Source: Eledone cirrhosa (taxonomy: Eukaryota). Taken from it: a DNA stretch of 64,000 bases. The stretch is from assembly GCA_964016885.1 (NCBI GenBank), contig OZ024750.1:39308001-39372000 (forward strand), in the 5' to 3' direction. A program made the translations under genes and the position numbers. Below, piece by piece: positions 12,244 to 24,959 of the stretch (positions within the stretch are counted from its first letter, which is position 1; each line of letters starts with the position of its first letter). The notes beneath the pieces were generated by a model, which saw only the letters and a list, made by a program, of their open reading frames with translations, was not told where the DNA came from and did no database searches.

Positions 12244-15200
12244 GTGCATGTCAAATTTTTTTCTATTTCTCTCCCTTTCTTTTGTTTAACACACCACCAT
12301 ACAAATCACACGCATATGTACCCCATCTCTTACATTTCTCACCCTGTCTCTCTCTTTATACTTTCATTCTGAGAGAGAAAACTTCTGAATGTCACTTGCG
12401 TTTTATAACTAATTCTTATGTTCATAATTGTAAACTCTGTCCAAGCTTAACTTTAATTCACATAGGGTTTTATTGTGTATTGTTGTAAACATCCTCGTTG
12501 TTGTTGTCTTATCTAACAACGTAATAAATTATTATTGTCGTTTGTTATATATATCAGTTATATTTGAAAGGAAATTAGAAAAAGAAACTATCTTAAAATT
12601 AATGTTAGTCTAATTAAATTTCGTTATTGTTGTTTATTTTCACAAGTGTATTTCACCAATGTTAATGTTACATAGTTTTCCAGACATATCTTTCGTTAAT
12701 GTTTAAGTGACGACCAATTGCAGCTTTTTGTAAACTTTATTTCATATTACAATTTTGTTTCTATATCGATCAGCTCGGGTTCGATCATGCGATCGAATCC
12801 CGACTATTAATCGACATTTCTTCAGATATGAGGGTTTACATGGGTGGTCCTTAAGTTACCCACCTATTAACATGTGTATGTATATATATATATATGAAAA
12901 TGTTAGACCCCGACAGCTTGAGCTCTGCCGTCGGGGTCATACTTTTTCCTATTACCCACTCTACTACCCTAAGTATTGAGTACTCTGGTGTGTTATAGTC
13001 CATCTGGTTCCTTACCACACCTCCGTTATGTGTATATATGTATGTATAAAGTAAAAGAAATGAAACAAAATTTAGTGAGATTGCTATAAAAACACATTGA
13101 CATAGTGTGTGTATATATATACGCATGTAATGTGTGTATATTATCATATATTGAATATATTCTTTATTCTTATAACTAAGTCCTAACTTTTCAAGTTGAA
13201 ATATGTAGAACCTCCCGCCGAGGTTAACTTTGCCTTTCATCCTTACGGGGTCGATAAAATAAAGTACCAGTAATGTACTGAGTAATTGCTGGCCTTGTGC
13301 CAAAAGTAGAAACAATTATATATCAACCGGCATTGTTTTACCTTCTTTATTCACAGACGGATAAAACTTTCCGTTAAAAGGAACTGAAGCTCAAAGTTCA
13401 TGATTGTTCTTCAAAGATGAATATATTTTCATGTCTTCTTAATGTCGAAATAATTTCTCTCCGCTAGTTTATTTTTACGCGGTCTTTTTCGGTAAAATTA
13501 TCTCTAATTTGCTGTCGGCTGACTCCTTTTATTGACATGTGATGAAGGCTTTGCCACGCCCCCCCAGCTGTAGAGCACATGTTAAAATATAGGGCTCTAG
13601 ATATGGCTGTTGTTTAGCCCCAGGTCAGCTTTTTATTCAGCAGCCTTGATTAAAAATATTCCTGTTATTACCAATCTGTCTTTTATTTTTCTCCAGACAC
13701 AGTGTATCTAGGACTACATTATGCTATGTGATGTCTAATTTTTTTTTTAAACGGAAGGGTATCCTCTGAAGGATATTTGGCTACTATTTCTAGCATATGA
13801 AATAACTACGTATACCTCGTTGTTTATTCTATATTTGGATAGCTAAAACTGTAGAACAATGGATTAAACGAATGCTTTAGTTGATTCTCTTACTGTTCTG
13901 AGGTCAACATTTGTTGGTCACCCTTCTGGGACCGATAGGATAAATACCAGTAAAATACTAGGGTCGATTTAATCGAATGTCCCCTTCTTAAAATATGTGT
14001 CTGTTAGAGATCGTCATTATATATTGGCAGAATCGTTAGAGCACCAGACAAAATACCATGTGATATTTCGTTACGTTCGGAGTTCAAATTCCGTCCAAAT
14101 TTTGTCTTTCTTAAATTCTTTTTCTGAATTGCCCTCTGTCTAAAAAATAAGCTGTGAGCTTGTGTGTGTGTGTGTGTGGGGGGGGGGGGGGGGTTCTATG
14201 TGGTCTGTGAAGTTGCTAGAAATATCACCCAAATCTTGCTGAAATCACATCTCCCCAAATAATATACTCCTGGCCTACATATTCTTTAAGATGAGGTGGT
14301 CACCACTGGAATGTCTTTGACGATCAGGTTTGACCTGGGGCTAAACAACCATTTTATTTGTGGGTGGGTAGATTGGAGTGTTGGACAAAATGGAGTTGAT
14401 ATAGTACAAGTCATGTACTACCATTTAGCATTTAAACTGGCTGTATCTGGCCAGAATTCTCTCACCTCTTTCTGTTCAAACTGACCACTCATATTGATGT
14501 TAAGGTATTGTTCTTAAAATAAATATCAAAATCTCATAGATTCAATATTATGTGAGGTAAAGCCTTTACTATGAAAATACAATAGTAAATATAATGTAAA
14601 TGTTGTGAGATATTATGTGAGGTAAAGCCTTTACCATGAAAATATAACAGTATATATAGAGTAATGTAAATGTTATGTGAGGTAAAGCCTTTACCATGAA
14701 AATGTAATGGTATATATAGAGTAATGTAAATGTGAGGTAAAGCCTTTACTATGAAAATACAATAGTATATATTGAGTTATGTTATGTGATATATTATGTG
14801 AGGTAAAGCCTTTACCATGAAAATATAATGTAAATAGTAAAGAGTTAAACCTGATGGTGTTCATCCTTCTCTAGGTTTGAACATAGCTGATTTCATGCAG
14901 TGAATGAGGAATTGGCCCCCATTACTGCACTGGTATTTAATCAACTCGACTCTCAAACAAATGAAAGGCAATGTTGGTCTCGGCAGGATTTGAACACAGA
15001 GCGTAGAGTGCCAGTTTGAGTAATACAAGGTATTCCATTTGATGCCCTAACTGCTCTGCCAATTCTCCACTTACAATCAGGACTTTCATCCATGGACCCT
15101 TATCATTTGATGAAACCAGAGGGGAGCTGTTGTGACAAATGGAGTATCTTGGGCATTAAAACTGGCAAAGTGGCAAAGCTCACCTTTCTCCAAGTCGGAA

Positions 15201-15488
15201 CACAGCTGATTTCTTCCAGAAAACAAGGGTGAGAGAAAGAAATGTAAGAGAGATATAGAGGAAAGAGTGGGCTGGTATTTCATTTATTGACCTCAAAAGA
15301 ATGAAAGGTAAAGCTGTCCATGGCGGGATTTGAACTCAGAGCACAGAATACTGAAATAAATACCACCAGGCATTCTATCTGACGTCCTAATAACTGGGTC
15401 AATTCACCACTTGTGATCAGGACTTACCTCAGGTGAAACAACCATTTTCAGTTCTTTTTTTATTATTATTTTTTGTTGTTTTTTTCAG

Positions 15489-15637
15489 AGTTTGGAGTCT
15501 ATCTGGCTGAGTTGACTGTGGATCCAAATGGAGCTTTAGCTATCCGGCAATTGGCCTCTGTTTTACTAAAACAATATGTTGAAGCTCATTGGTCAAGTCA
15601 GTCCAGTAAATTCCGTGCCCCGGAAACCTCTGAGAAG
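15489..15637 (+). CDS. IPO9: Importin-9 exon 2 (IBN_N domain)
   Basis: tttcag|AG; [35 protein letters not shown]...PETSEK; donor gtaaat, phase 0. Confidence 0.95.
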
Positions 15638-16298
15638 GTAAATTTTAATTTTCTTATTTCCCATCTTTCTCTCTCTCTAAGATTCATCATTGCTCCCCCA
15701 TCACCACCATCCTAATCACTACCATTATCATCATCATCATCCTCATCACTATCATAATCATCACCACCACCACAATCATTCATCATCATCATCATTTCAT
15801 TTTACGTCCGCTTTTTCCCTGCTTGCAAGGGTGGGACGGGAACTGATTCTTGCTTGATTTCTACAGCTGGATGCCCTTCCTAACACCAACCTCATTTATA
15901 GTGAGTGCTGGGTGCTTTTTTTCCGTGGCACCTCCACGACCACTTTACAGTGGAATGATAGGGACCCCAGTCCCTATCATCTCATTTCTACAGCTGAGTA
16001 AACTGGAACAATGTGAAATAAAGTGTCTTGCTCAAGGAAACAACACATCAGCCGGTCTGAGAATTGAACTCACAACCTTTCGATTGCAAGGCCAATGCTC
16101 TAACCACTAAGCCATGTGCCTCCATCATTGTTTTACATAAAGTTGTTAGAACGTCAGATAGAATGTTTTATGGTATTCGTTCCGGCCCTCTACTCTGAGT
16201 TCAAATCCCGCTGAGGTCAACTTTGCCTTTCATCCTTTCAAGGTTGATAAAAAAAAGAACCATTCTAGTACTGGGGTCAATTCTTCCTCTATATCACC

Positions 16299-16330
<32 letters not shown>

Positions 16331-16429
16331 TTCTCTCTGCAAAGGGATATTTAATTTGTTGGTAATTCAACAAATATATTTATAACTGATTCGAAGCACT
16401 CAACAGATTTTCTGGAATATAATACCGAT

Positions 16430-16650
16430 GATATTAATAAATGGAAACTATATTTATAAAACCATATTTATTCTATTATATATATTTCAAGGGTACCAAA
16501 ACTTTGATATGCTCTCATCAGATAAAATACAATGTCAATATTTATTAAAAAAACTTTGTATTTTATCTGAGTGCATACCAAAGTTTTGGTACCCTTGAAA
16601 TATATATAATAGAATAAATATAGTTTCCATTTATTAATATCATTGATATA
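16430..16650. repeat. Fold-back element with hammerhead motif arms. Copies about 17310-17535 and 20790-21020; solo arm about 39726-39826
   Basis: Roughly 95-bp inverted arms around an AT-rich spacer; each intact arm contains CTGATGA...GAAA. Confidence 0.85.
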
Positions 16651-18121
16651 TATATTCATTCATTCATTTCATTTCATTTTACGTCCACTTTTCCCTGCTT
16701 GCAAGGGTGGGACGGGAACTGATTCTGGCTTGATTTCTACAGCTGGATGCCCTTCCTAACACAAACCTTATTTACAGTGAGTGCTGGGTGCTTTTTTGTC
16801 GTGGCACCACCACGACCACTTTGCAGTGGAATGATATGGACCCCAGTCCCTATCATCTCATTTCTACAGCTGAGTAAACTGGAGCAATGTGAAATAAAGT
16901 GTCTTGCTCAAGGAAACAACACATCACCCGGTCTGAGAATTGAACTCACAACCTTTCGATTGCAAGGTCAATGCTCTAACCACTAAGCCATGTGCCTCCA
17001 TCATTGTTTTACATAAAGTTGTTAGAACGTCAGATAGAATGTTTTAAGGTATTCGTTCCGGCCCTCTGCTCTGTGAGTTAAAATCCCGCTGAGGTCAACT
17101 TTGCTTTTCATCCTTTCAAGGTTGATAAAAAAAAAAAGAACCATTCTAGTACTGGGGTCAATTCTTCCTCTATATCACCTCCCCCCCCCTCTCTCTCTGT
17201 CTCTCTCTCTTTCTCTCTGCAAAGGGATATTTAATTTGTTGGTAATTCAACAAATATATTTATAACTGATTCGAAGCACTCAACAGATTTTCTGGAATAT
17301 AATACCGATGATATTAATAAATGGAAACTATATTTATAAAACCATATTTATTCTATTATATATATATATTTCAAGGGCACCAAAACTTTGATATGCTCTC
17401 ATCAGATAAAATACAATGTCAATATTTATAAAAAAAACTTTGTATTTTATCTGATGAGTGCATACTAAAGTTTTGGTACCCTTGAAATATATATAATAGA
17501 ATAAATATAGTTTCCATTTATTAATATCATTGATATATATATATCATCATTTCATTTTACGTCCGCTTTTTCCCTGCTTGCAAGGGTGGGACGGGAACTG
17601 ATTCTGGCTTGATTTCTACAGCTGGATGCCCTTCCTAACACCAACCTCATTTACAGTGAGTGCTGGGTGCTTTTTTGTCATGGCACCTCCACGACCACTT
17701 TGCAGTGGAATGATATGGACCCCAGTCCCTATCATCTCATTTCTACAGCTGAGTAAACTGGAGCAATGTGAAATAAAGTGTCTTGCTCAAGGAAACAACA
17801 CGTCACCCGATCTGAGAATTGAACTCACAACCTTTTAATTGCAAGGCCAATGCTCTAACCACTAAGCCATGTGCCTCCATATATATATATATATATAAAA
17901 AGTATCAGTCAACTACTGGGGTGGATTCTTCCTCTATATCTCTTTCTTATTTCCTTTATCTCCCTTTCTATCTTTTCTCTGGAAGAAATCTACTGTAGTC
18001 AGGTCTGGTGAGGGAGGGGCTCTGCCTGGTTTAAAATGTCCCAAGAAATGCTGTATGTCAATACGGTGCCCCGGAACCCTACATAGATACATAATATAAT
18101 TTATTTAACTTGATATTTCAG

Positions 18122-18323
18122 GCAAAGGCTGCCATTCGAGAGATCCTACCTGCAGGTCTGAAGGAATCCATTAGTAAAGTCCGAACCAGTGTTGCTTATG
18201 CTGTGTCTGCTATAACTCATTGGGATTGGCCGGAGACCTGGCCAGAACTATTTAATCTTTTAATGGAAGCTCTTACATGTGGGGATCCTAATGCACTCCA
18301 TGGCGCCATGCGTGTTCTTACAG
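18122..18323 (+). CDS. IPO9: Importin-9 exon 3
   Basis: [44 protein letters not shown]...GAMRVLT; ag/gtgagt boundaries, phase 0 to 1. Confidence 0.95.
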
Positions 18324-18689
18324 GTGAGTATACAACCATTCATTTGTTTACCTCTTTCATTTACAACTCTCTCTTGTATCACTTTCTAACTATCTCTCTC
18401 TCTCCCTCGCTCTCTCTTTCTCTAGTCCTCTCTCTCTCTTGCTTTTTCTCTCTTGCTCTCTCTCTCCTCTCCTCTTTCTTGCTACTAGTATGTCACTCGC
18501 TACTGTAATACTGTAATATATCTACCAGTATGTCACTACCTACCATAATACTCTCTCTTGCTACTAGTATGTCACTCGCTACTGTAATACTGTAATATAT
18601 CTACCAGTATGTCACTACCTACCATAATACTGTCCACATGACCGTATCTCACATCACAACTCTCCAATTACATTATTTTCAAATTTGTG

Positions 18690-19620
18690 GGTCTTTGGAG
18701 TAACGTTACTCGATAAAGTACGTAGTTCGTAGATCAGAGAGTTACTCCAGGTAGAGCTGCTACTTCTCCGACTTGAGAGATCACAGCTCCGATACTTTGG
18801 ATATGTGGTTAGAATGTCTCAGGAAAGAATCACTGGAGACTCACTCCAGGTAGAGCTGCTACTTCTCCGACTTGAGAGATCACAGCTCCGATACTTTGGA
18901 TATGTGGTTAGAATGTCTCAGGAAAGAATCACTGGAGACTCACTCCAGGTAGAGCTGCTACTTCTCCGACTTGAGAGATCACAGCTCCGATACTTTGGAT
19001 ATGTGGTTAGAATGTCTCAGGAAAGAATCACTGGAGACTCACTCCAGGTAGAGCTGCTACTTCTCCGACTTGAGAGATCACAGCTCCGATACTTTGGATA
19101 TGTGGTTAGAATGTCTCAGGAAAGAATCACTGGAGACTCACTCCAGGTAGAGCCGCTACTTCTCCGACTTGAGAGATCACAGCTTCGATACTTTGGACAT
19201 GTGGTTAGAATGTCTCAGGAAAGAATCACTGGAGACTCACTCCAGGTAGAGCCGCTACTTCTCCGACTTGAGAGATCACAGCTCCGATACTTTGGACATG
19301 TGGTTAGAATGTCTCAGGAAAGAATTACTGGAGACTCACTCCAGGTAGAGCCGCTACTTCTCCGACTTGAGAGATCACAGCTCCGATACTATGGACATGT
19401 GGTTAGAATGTCTCAGGAAAAAATTGCTGGACAGATTTTACTGGCAAAACCAACAGGTAGAAGACCCAGGGGTAGATCCCGAGCAAGATGGTTGGGTAAC
19501 ATCCATGAGCTTGGGGATCCAGTCGGATCAGTTGATGGTGGTTGTTTCTGACAGGACTCGCTGGAGGGTATGTTTGAGGACTCTGCCCCTACGACCCTCT
19601 CAGGAATAAGAGGTCAAAGA
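18690..19620 (+). mobile_element. 3' fragment of an RTE-clade LINE with an internal 99-bp unit amplified 7 times
   Basis: Translation ERSQLRYFGHVVRM...PTGRRPRGRSRARW is typical of the RTE ORF C-terminus; units start at 18745, 18844, 18943, 19042, 19141, 19240, 19339. Confidence 0.8.
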
Positions 19621-20524
19621 AATGGTGGTGAAAGTCACTCATCCCAGTTGTTATGGTACAATATATTAGGGCTCTATTTTATAATTAATTCAGTTTAACT
19701 TAAGGCTTTAATTTCAGACATGTTTGTGCAATAATCTAAATTTACTTTAAATTCAGAATAATTTTGTAATTATTTCTACGTACAGGATGATATTTTGACC
19801 CACAAATGTTGACCCACAAATCTATGAAATATTAGGGTTGACTTTTATATGAGGTCTATGGAAAATTCCAGATATTTTGGTAAAAAATAGGGAATAGATT
19901 TTTACAAGAGATTGACTATTACTCAAGTATATATGATATGAAGGGTATCCAACTAAAACCAGCCAGAAATACCCCTATATGATCGAGACACGGTCACCCA
20001 ATACAACTTGCCTCAAAATAGGACCTGTCTAACCCATGCTAGCGTGGAAGATGGACGTTAATTGATGATGATGATGATATAATGGAACTTAGACTGTCAA
20101 TTGCCTCAACTTGAATGTAAATACATCCAGAACAACTAAAACCATCTATAAACCCATGCAAACATGATCCATACATTCACATTTGACCTTACTGCTCAAG
20201 GAAGAGTTAAATCATGTACGTCCTATTAAACTGTCCCAACTTGCACCAATTTCTGGTATGGGGATGATGTAAGTCATCAGGCTATTGCTGTCATATAACA
20301 TAGTTTCTATATAATATTCTGCAGCGACTACAACCCCTATTATGTAATTCTCATAGACCTCACATATCAGTACAATGATTAGAAACTACTACTGACCCAA
20401 ACCCTTTACAAACCTGACCTGGTGTACAGACACACACCAACCCTAACTCAACTACCAGGAACCTAACTAACCCTACTCATGGTAATGTGAGTTTTAAATA
20501 ATTTATTTGTTGGATTTACTTCAG

Positions 20525-20613
20525 AGTTCACTCAAGATGTGACAGATGTCCAAATGATTAAAGTAGCTCCAGTTATTCTTCCAGAGATGTATAAGATCTT
20601 TGTACAGGCTGAT
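20525..20613 (+). CDS. IPO9: Importin-9 exon 4
   Basis: [30 protein letters not shown]; cag/gtaagt; frame continuous. Confidence 0.93.
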
Positions 20614-20653
20614 GTAAGTATAAAATCATAATTTATTAATAACAATGATATTT

Positions 20654-20684
<31 letters not shown>

Positions 20685-20912
20685 GCAGTTTATAACTGTT
20701 ATATATATATATATATATATATATATTAGTAGTTTATATGTTTATAACTGATTTAGAGCACTCTACAGTTTTTCTGGAGTATAATATACAATATTAAATA
20801 AATGGAAACTATATTTATAAAACCATATTTATTCTATTATATATATTTCAAGGGTACCAACATTTTGGTACGCTATCATAAAACATTATGTATTTATTTA
20901 TAAAACATTTTG

Positions 20913-20973
20913 TATTTTATCTGATGATAGCGTACCAAAATTTTGGTACCCTTGAAATATATATAATAGAATA
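20913..20973 (+). ncRNA. Putative minimal type-I hammerhead ribozyme (sense to IPO9 intron 4)
   Basis: TATTTTAT-CTGATGA-[stem II GTACCAA/TTGGTAC]-GAAA-TATATA-TA|ATAGAATA; 8-bp stem I; predicted cleavage after 20965; first stem II pair is a T-T mismatch. Confidence 0.5.
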
Positions 20974-22255
20974 AATATGGTTTTATAAATATAGTTTCCA
21001 TTTATTTAATATCATTGTATATATATATATTGGAAAATGTGTGGATCCTTGGTACAGTTAGGTATATTTGAAAAAAAGGAAAAGAATGACTTCACTTGCA
21101 GTGTTAAATAATTTGATTTAATTTTATAATATAATATTATGAGTTGGTAGATCTAGTAACTTACTAGATCTACCAACTCATAATATTATAAAATTAAATC
21201 AAATTATTTAACACTGCAAGTGAAGTCATTCTTTTCCTTTTTTTCGAATATCATCATCATCATTTTACGTCCGCTTTTCCCTGCTTGCAAGAGTGGGACG
21301 GGAACTGATTCTGGCTTGATTTCTACAGCTGGATGCCCTTCCTAACACCAACCTCATTTACAGTGAGTGCTGGGTGCTTTTTTTGCCGTGACACCTCCAC
21401 GACCACTTCGCAGTGGAATGATATAGACCCCAGTCCCTATCATCTCATTTCTACAACTGAGTAAACTGGAGCAATGTGAAATAAAGTGTCTTGCTCAAGG
21501 AAACAACACATCAGCCGGTCTGAGAATTGAACTCCCAACCTTTCGATTGCAACGCCAATATATATATATATATGTGTGTGTGTGATAGTTTTTTCTGAAG
21601 AATAAGCAAAGAAAAAAAGAGTGCTCTATGTATAGAACAGAGCTATTTAATTAGAAAGTGAACAACACAATATATAACTACTCCATTACCAAAGGTTTCA
21701 GGACCTAGATGACGTATATTAACATTGTCTAGGGTCCTGAAACCTTTAGTAATGGAATAGTTATATATTGGCTTGTTCACTTTCTAAATCAATATATATA
21801 AATATACGCACGCGCGCGCACACACACACACACACGCACACGCACATGCACACACAGAGAGACAGACAGACAGACAGACAGAGTAGTCCTCTGGTATTCG
21901 GGGGTTACCTTCTTGGAGCACCTGTGAGGAGTGAAAAACCGTGAATATTGGACATGGTCCATAAAAATACCTATGAATGTCAAAATATGACGGGAAATAT
22001 AATTTTAAAAAAAATAAAAAAAATAAGGCATCATCTTATGCGAAGGGACATAACTCAACAAAGGTTTTTACATAAAATTATGATGGAAGGTTTTTAGATA
22101 AATATAAACACTTTAAAACAGTTTGGTATGATAGAACCAGGGGTAATTTCAGGCAGCTTGGTATCGGAAGGATTAAAGTGTGATGGAAATTTTATGTGTA
22201 AATATTTGTGTTTTTCCATTTTAAAAGAAATACAACTTTGTTCTTCTCTTTGTAG

Positions 22256-22342
22256 TCTTACAACATCCGGACACGTACTCGAGCGGTCAACATCTTTAAT
22301 ACTTGTGTTGCTATGGTAGCTACTATGATGGACACACACAAA
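22256..22342 (+). CDS. IPO9: Importin-9 exon 5
   Basis: SYNIRTRTRAVNIFNTCVAMVATMMDTHK; tag/gtaagt; 87 nt, phase 0-0. Confidence 0.9.
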
Positions 22343-22345
22343 GTA

Positions 22346-23310
22346 AGTCTAGTCTCACTGATCTATATAGTATATTAGTGATATCACCATAGTCCAGTCT
22401 CACTGGTCTATAGTATATTAGTGCTATCACCATAGTCTAGTTTCACTGGTTTATATTATATTAGTGATATCATCATAGTCTAGTCTCACTGGTTTATATT
22501 ATATTAGTGATATCATCAGTCCAGTCTCACTGGTCTATATAGTATATTAGTGATATCACCATAGTCCAGTCTCACTGGTCTATAGTATATTAGTGATATC
22601 ATCATAGTCTAGTTTCACTGGTCTATAGTATATTAGTGATATCATCATAGTCCAGTCGCACTGGTTTATATTATATTAGTGATATCACCATAGTCCAGTC
22701 TCACTGGTCTATATAGTATATTAGTGATATCACCATAGTCCAGTCTCACTGGTCTATAGTATATTAGTGATATCATCATAGTCTAGTTTCACTGGTCTCT
22801 ATAGTATATTAGTGATATCACCATAGTCTAGTCTCAATGGTCTATAGTATATTAATGATATCATCATAGTCCAGTCTCAATGGTTTATAGTATATTAGTG
22901 ATATCATCATAGTCTAATCTCAGTGGTTTATAGTATATTAGTGATATCATCATAGTCCAATCTCAGTGGTTTATAGTATATTAGTGATATCATCATAGTC
23001 CAGTCTCAGTAGTCTATAGTATATTAGTGATATCATCATAGTCCAATCTCAGTGGTTTATAGTATATTAGTGATATCACCATAGTCCAGTCTCAATGGTC
23101 TCGATAGTATATTAGTGATATCACCATAGTCCAGTCTCAGTGGTCTATAGTATATTAGTGATATCACCATAGTTCAGTCTCAATAGTCTATAGTATATTA
23201 GTGATATCACCATAGTCTGGTCTCAATAGTCTATAGTATATTAGTGATATCATCTATAGTATATTAGTGATCTTATAGTTCAGTCACAATGGTCTGTAGT
23301 ATATTAGTAT
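22346..23310. repeat. About 42-44-bp minisatellite starting at +4 of IPO9 intron 5
   Basis: Unit approximately AGTCCAGTCTCACTGGTCTATAGTATATTAGTGATATCACCAT, about 22 copies. Confidence 0.9.
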
Positions 23311-23705
23311 CACTATCATCATCATTTAACCCAAGTTAGTATGGGTTAGACGGGTCGTCCCATTTGAGGCAATTTGGGTCAGGTGACTGTATCTTACTAC
23401 TCATATAAGACTTTCTGGTTAGGTTTCTACAGTTGGATGCCCTTCTTAATGCCAACCATATATATATATGTATATATCAGTGTTTTATGTCCCCTTTTTC
23501 TTTATTAAAAAAACCCCCCAAAACTCATCTATGCTCAGACCTGGAGAGAGGATGGGCTCTGCCTGGTTTAAAATGCCCAAGACATGGCTTATGTTACTAT
23601 GGTACCCCTATGACTTCATTAAGAGGTACTGATTTCATACATCGTCATCATCATCTTTAAAAAATTTAATGCAGCAGCAGGAAACCATTTTAGGGTCATT
23701 TGTTT

Positions 23706-24321
23706 CCTGCTGAAGCATAGGTTGCTTCCACAGACACCATGAAGGGCTTCATGCTCATAGTGAGGGCCTGCTGAAGCATGTGTTGCTCCCACAGACACCA
23801 TGAAGGGCTTCATGCTCATAGTGAGGGCCTGCTGAAGCATGGGTTGCTCCCACAGACACCATGAATGGCTTCATGCTCATAGTGAGGGCCTGCTGAAGCA
23901 TGGGTTGCTCCCACAGACACCATGAAGGGCTTCATGCTCATAGTGAGGGCCTGCTGAAGCATGGGTTGCTCCCACAGACACCATGAATGGCTTCATGCTC
24001 ATAGTGAGGGCCTGCTGAAGCATGGGTTGCTCCCACAGACACCATGAAGGGCTTCATGCTCATAGTGAGGGCCTGCTGAAGCATGGGTTGCTCCCACAGA
24101 CACCATGAAGGGCTTCATGCTCATAGTGAGGGCCTGTTGAAGCATGGGTTGCTCCCACAGACACCATGAAGGGCTTCATGCTCATAGTGAGGGCCTGCTG
24201 AAGCATGGGTTGCTCCCACAGACACCATGAATGGCTTCATGCTCATAGTGAGGGCCTGCTGAAGCATGTGTTGCTCCCACAGACACCATGAATGGCTTCA
24301 TGCTCATAGTGAGGGCCTGCT
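23706..24321. repeat. 61-bp tandem repeat, about 10 copies
   Basis: CCTGCTGAAGCATGGGTTGCTCCCACAGACACCATGAAGGGCTTCATGCTCATAGTGAGGG; starts at 23767, 23828, 23889... Confidence 0.92.
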
Positions 24322-24463
24322 ATGAAGTGATGTTTTATGGCTAAATGCCCTTCCTTTAGTTATCTTCTATGACACGAAGGGATAAGTAAATGTGAAAATA
24401 TTTTTATCCTCTTGGCTGGAAATATTTTTGATCATGTGAGGTTTTTCTATTTGATTTTTCCAG

Positions 24464-24583
24464 GGTATTGTTAAGGCTTTGCTGTTACCCGTCCTTCCTC
24501 AGTTTACTGAAGCCTTTATCAGTGCCCTTCAGGTCCCTGATGGGGAAACTTCAGATAGTGGCCTCAAGATGGAAGTCCTGCAG
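24464..24583 (+). CDS. IPO9: Importin-9 exon 6
   Basis: [40 protein letters not shown]; cag/gtattc; 120 nt. Confidence 0.93.
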
Positions 24584-24858
24584 GTATTCACCTTGTTTCT
24601 TTCTTCTAGAAATCTTATTTGTAGTGTGTTGTCTGCACTTTGTGTGTGGTGTTGCTTTCTGTAGTATGTGTGTTGTTGGCTGAGTGTATGTTGTTGTTTT
24701 CTGGGTGTGTTGTTGGCTGAGTGTATGTTGTTGTTGTTTTCTGGGTGTGTTGTTGTTGTAGTTTGCTGTGTGTGTGTGTGTGTGTGTGCAGTATGTGTGT
24801 TATGAAATTCAGATTCTTTGCTTACATCTGTAAATGCTTCTAATCTAATTCTATACAG

Positions 24859-24959
24859 GCTGTCACAGTTTTGGTGAAGAACCTGCCCAAAACAATGTCA
24901 TCTTGGTTACCTCAAATCCTTCCTCCAGTCTGGAATTTATTCACACATAGTGTACAATT
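24859..24959 (+). CDS. IPO9: Importin-9 exon 7
   Basis: AVTVLVKNLPKTMSSWLPQILPPVWNLFTHSVQ; ends phase 2 at U12-type donor GTATCCTTT. Confidence 0.92.

Noticed and set aside
23706-24321. CRISPR-like appearance of regular repeats with an internal palindrome (CATGAAG-GG-CTTCATG)
   Set aside because: Head-to-tail units with no unique spacers, no cas genes, eukaryotic intron. The same applies to all other arrays here.
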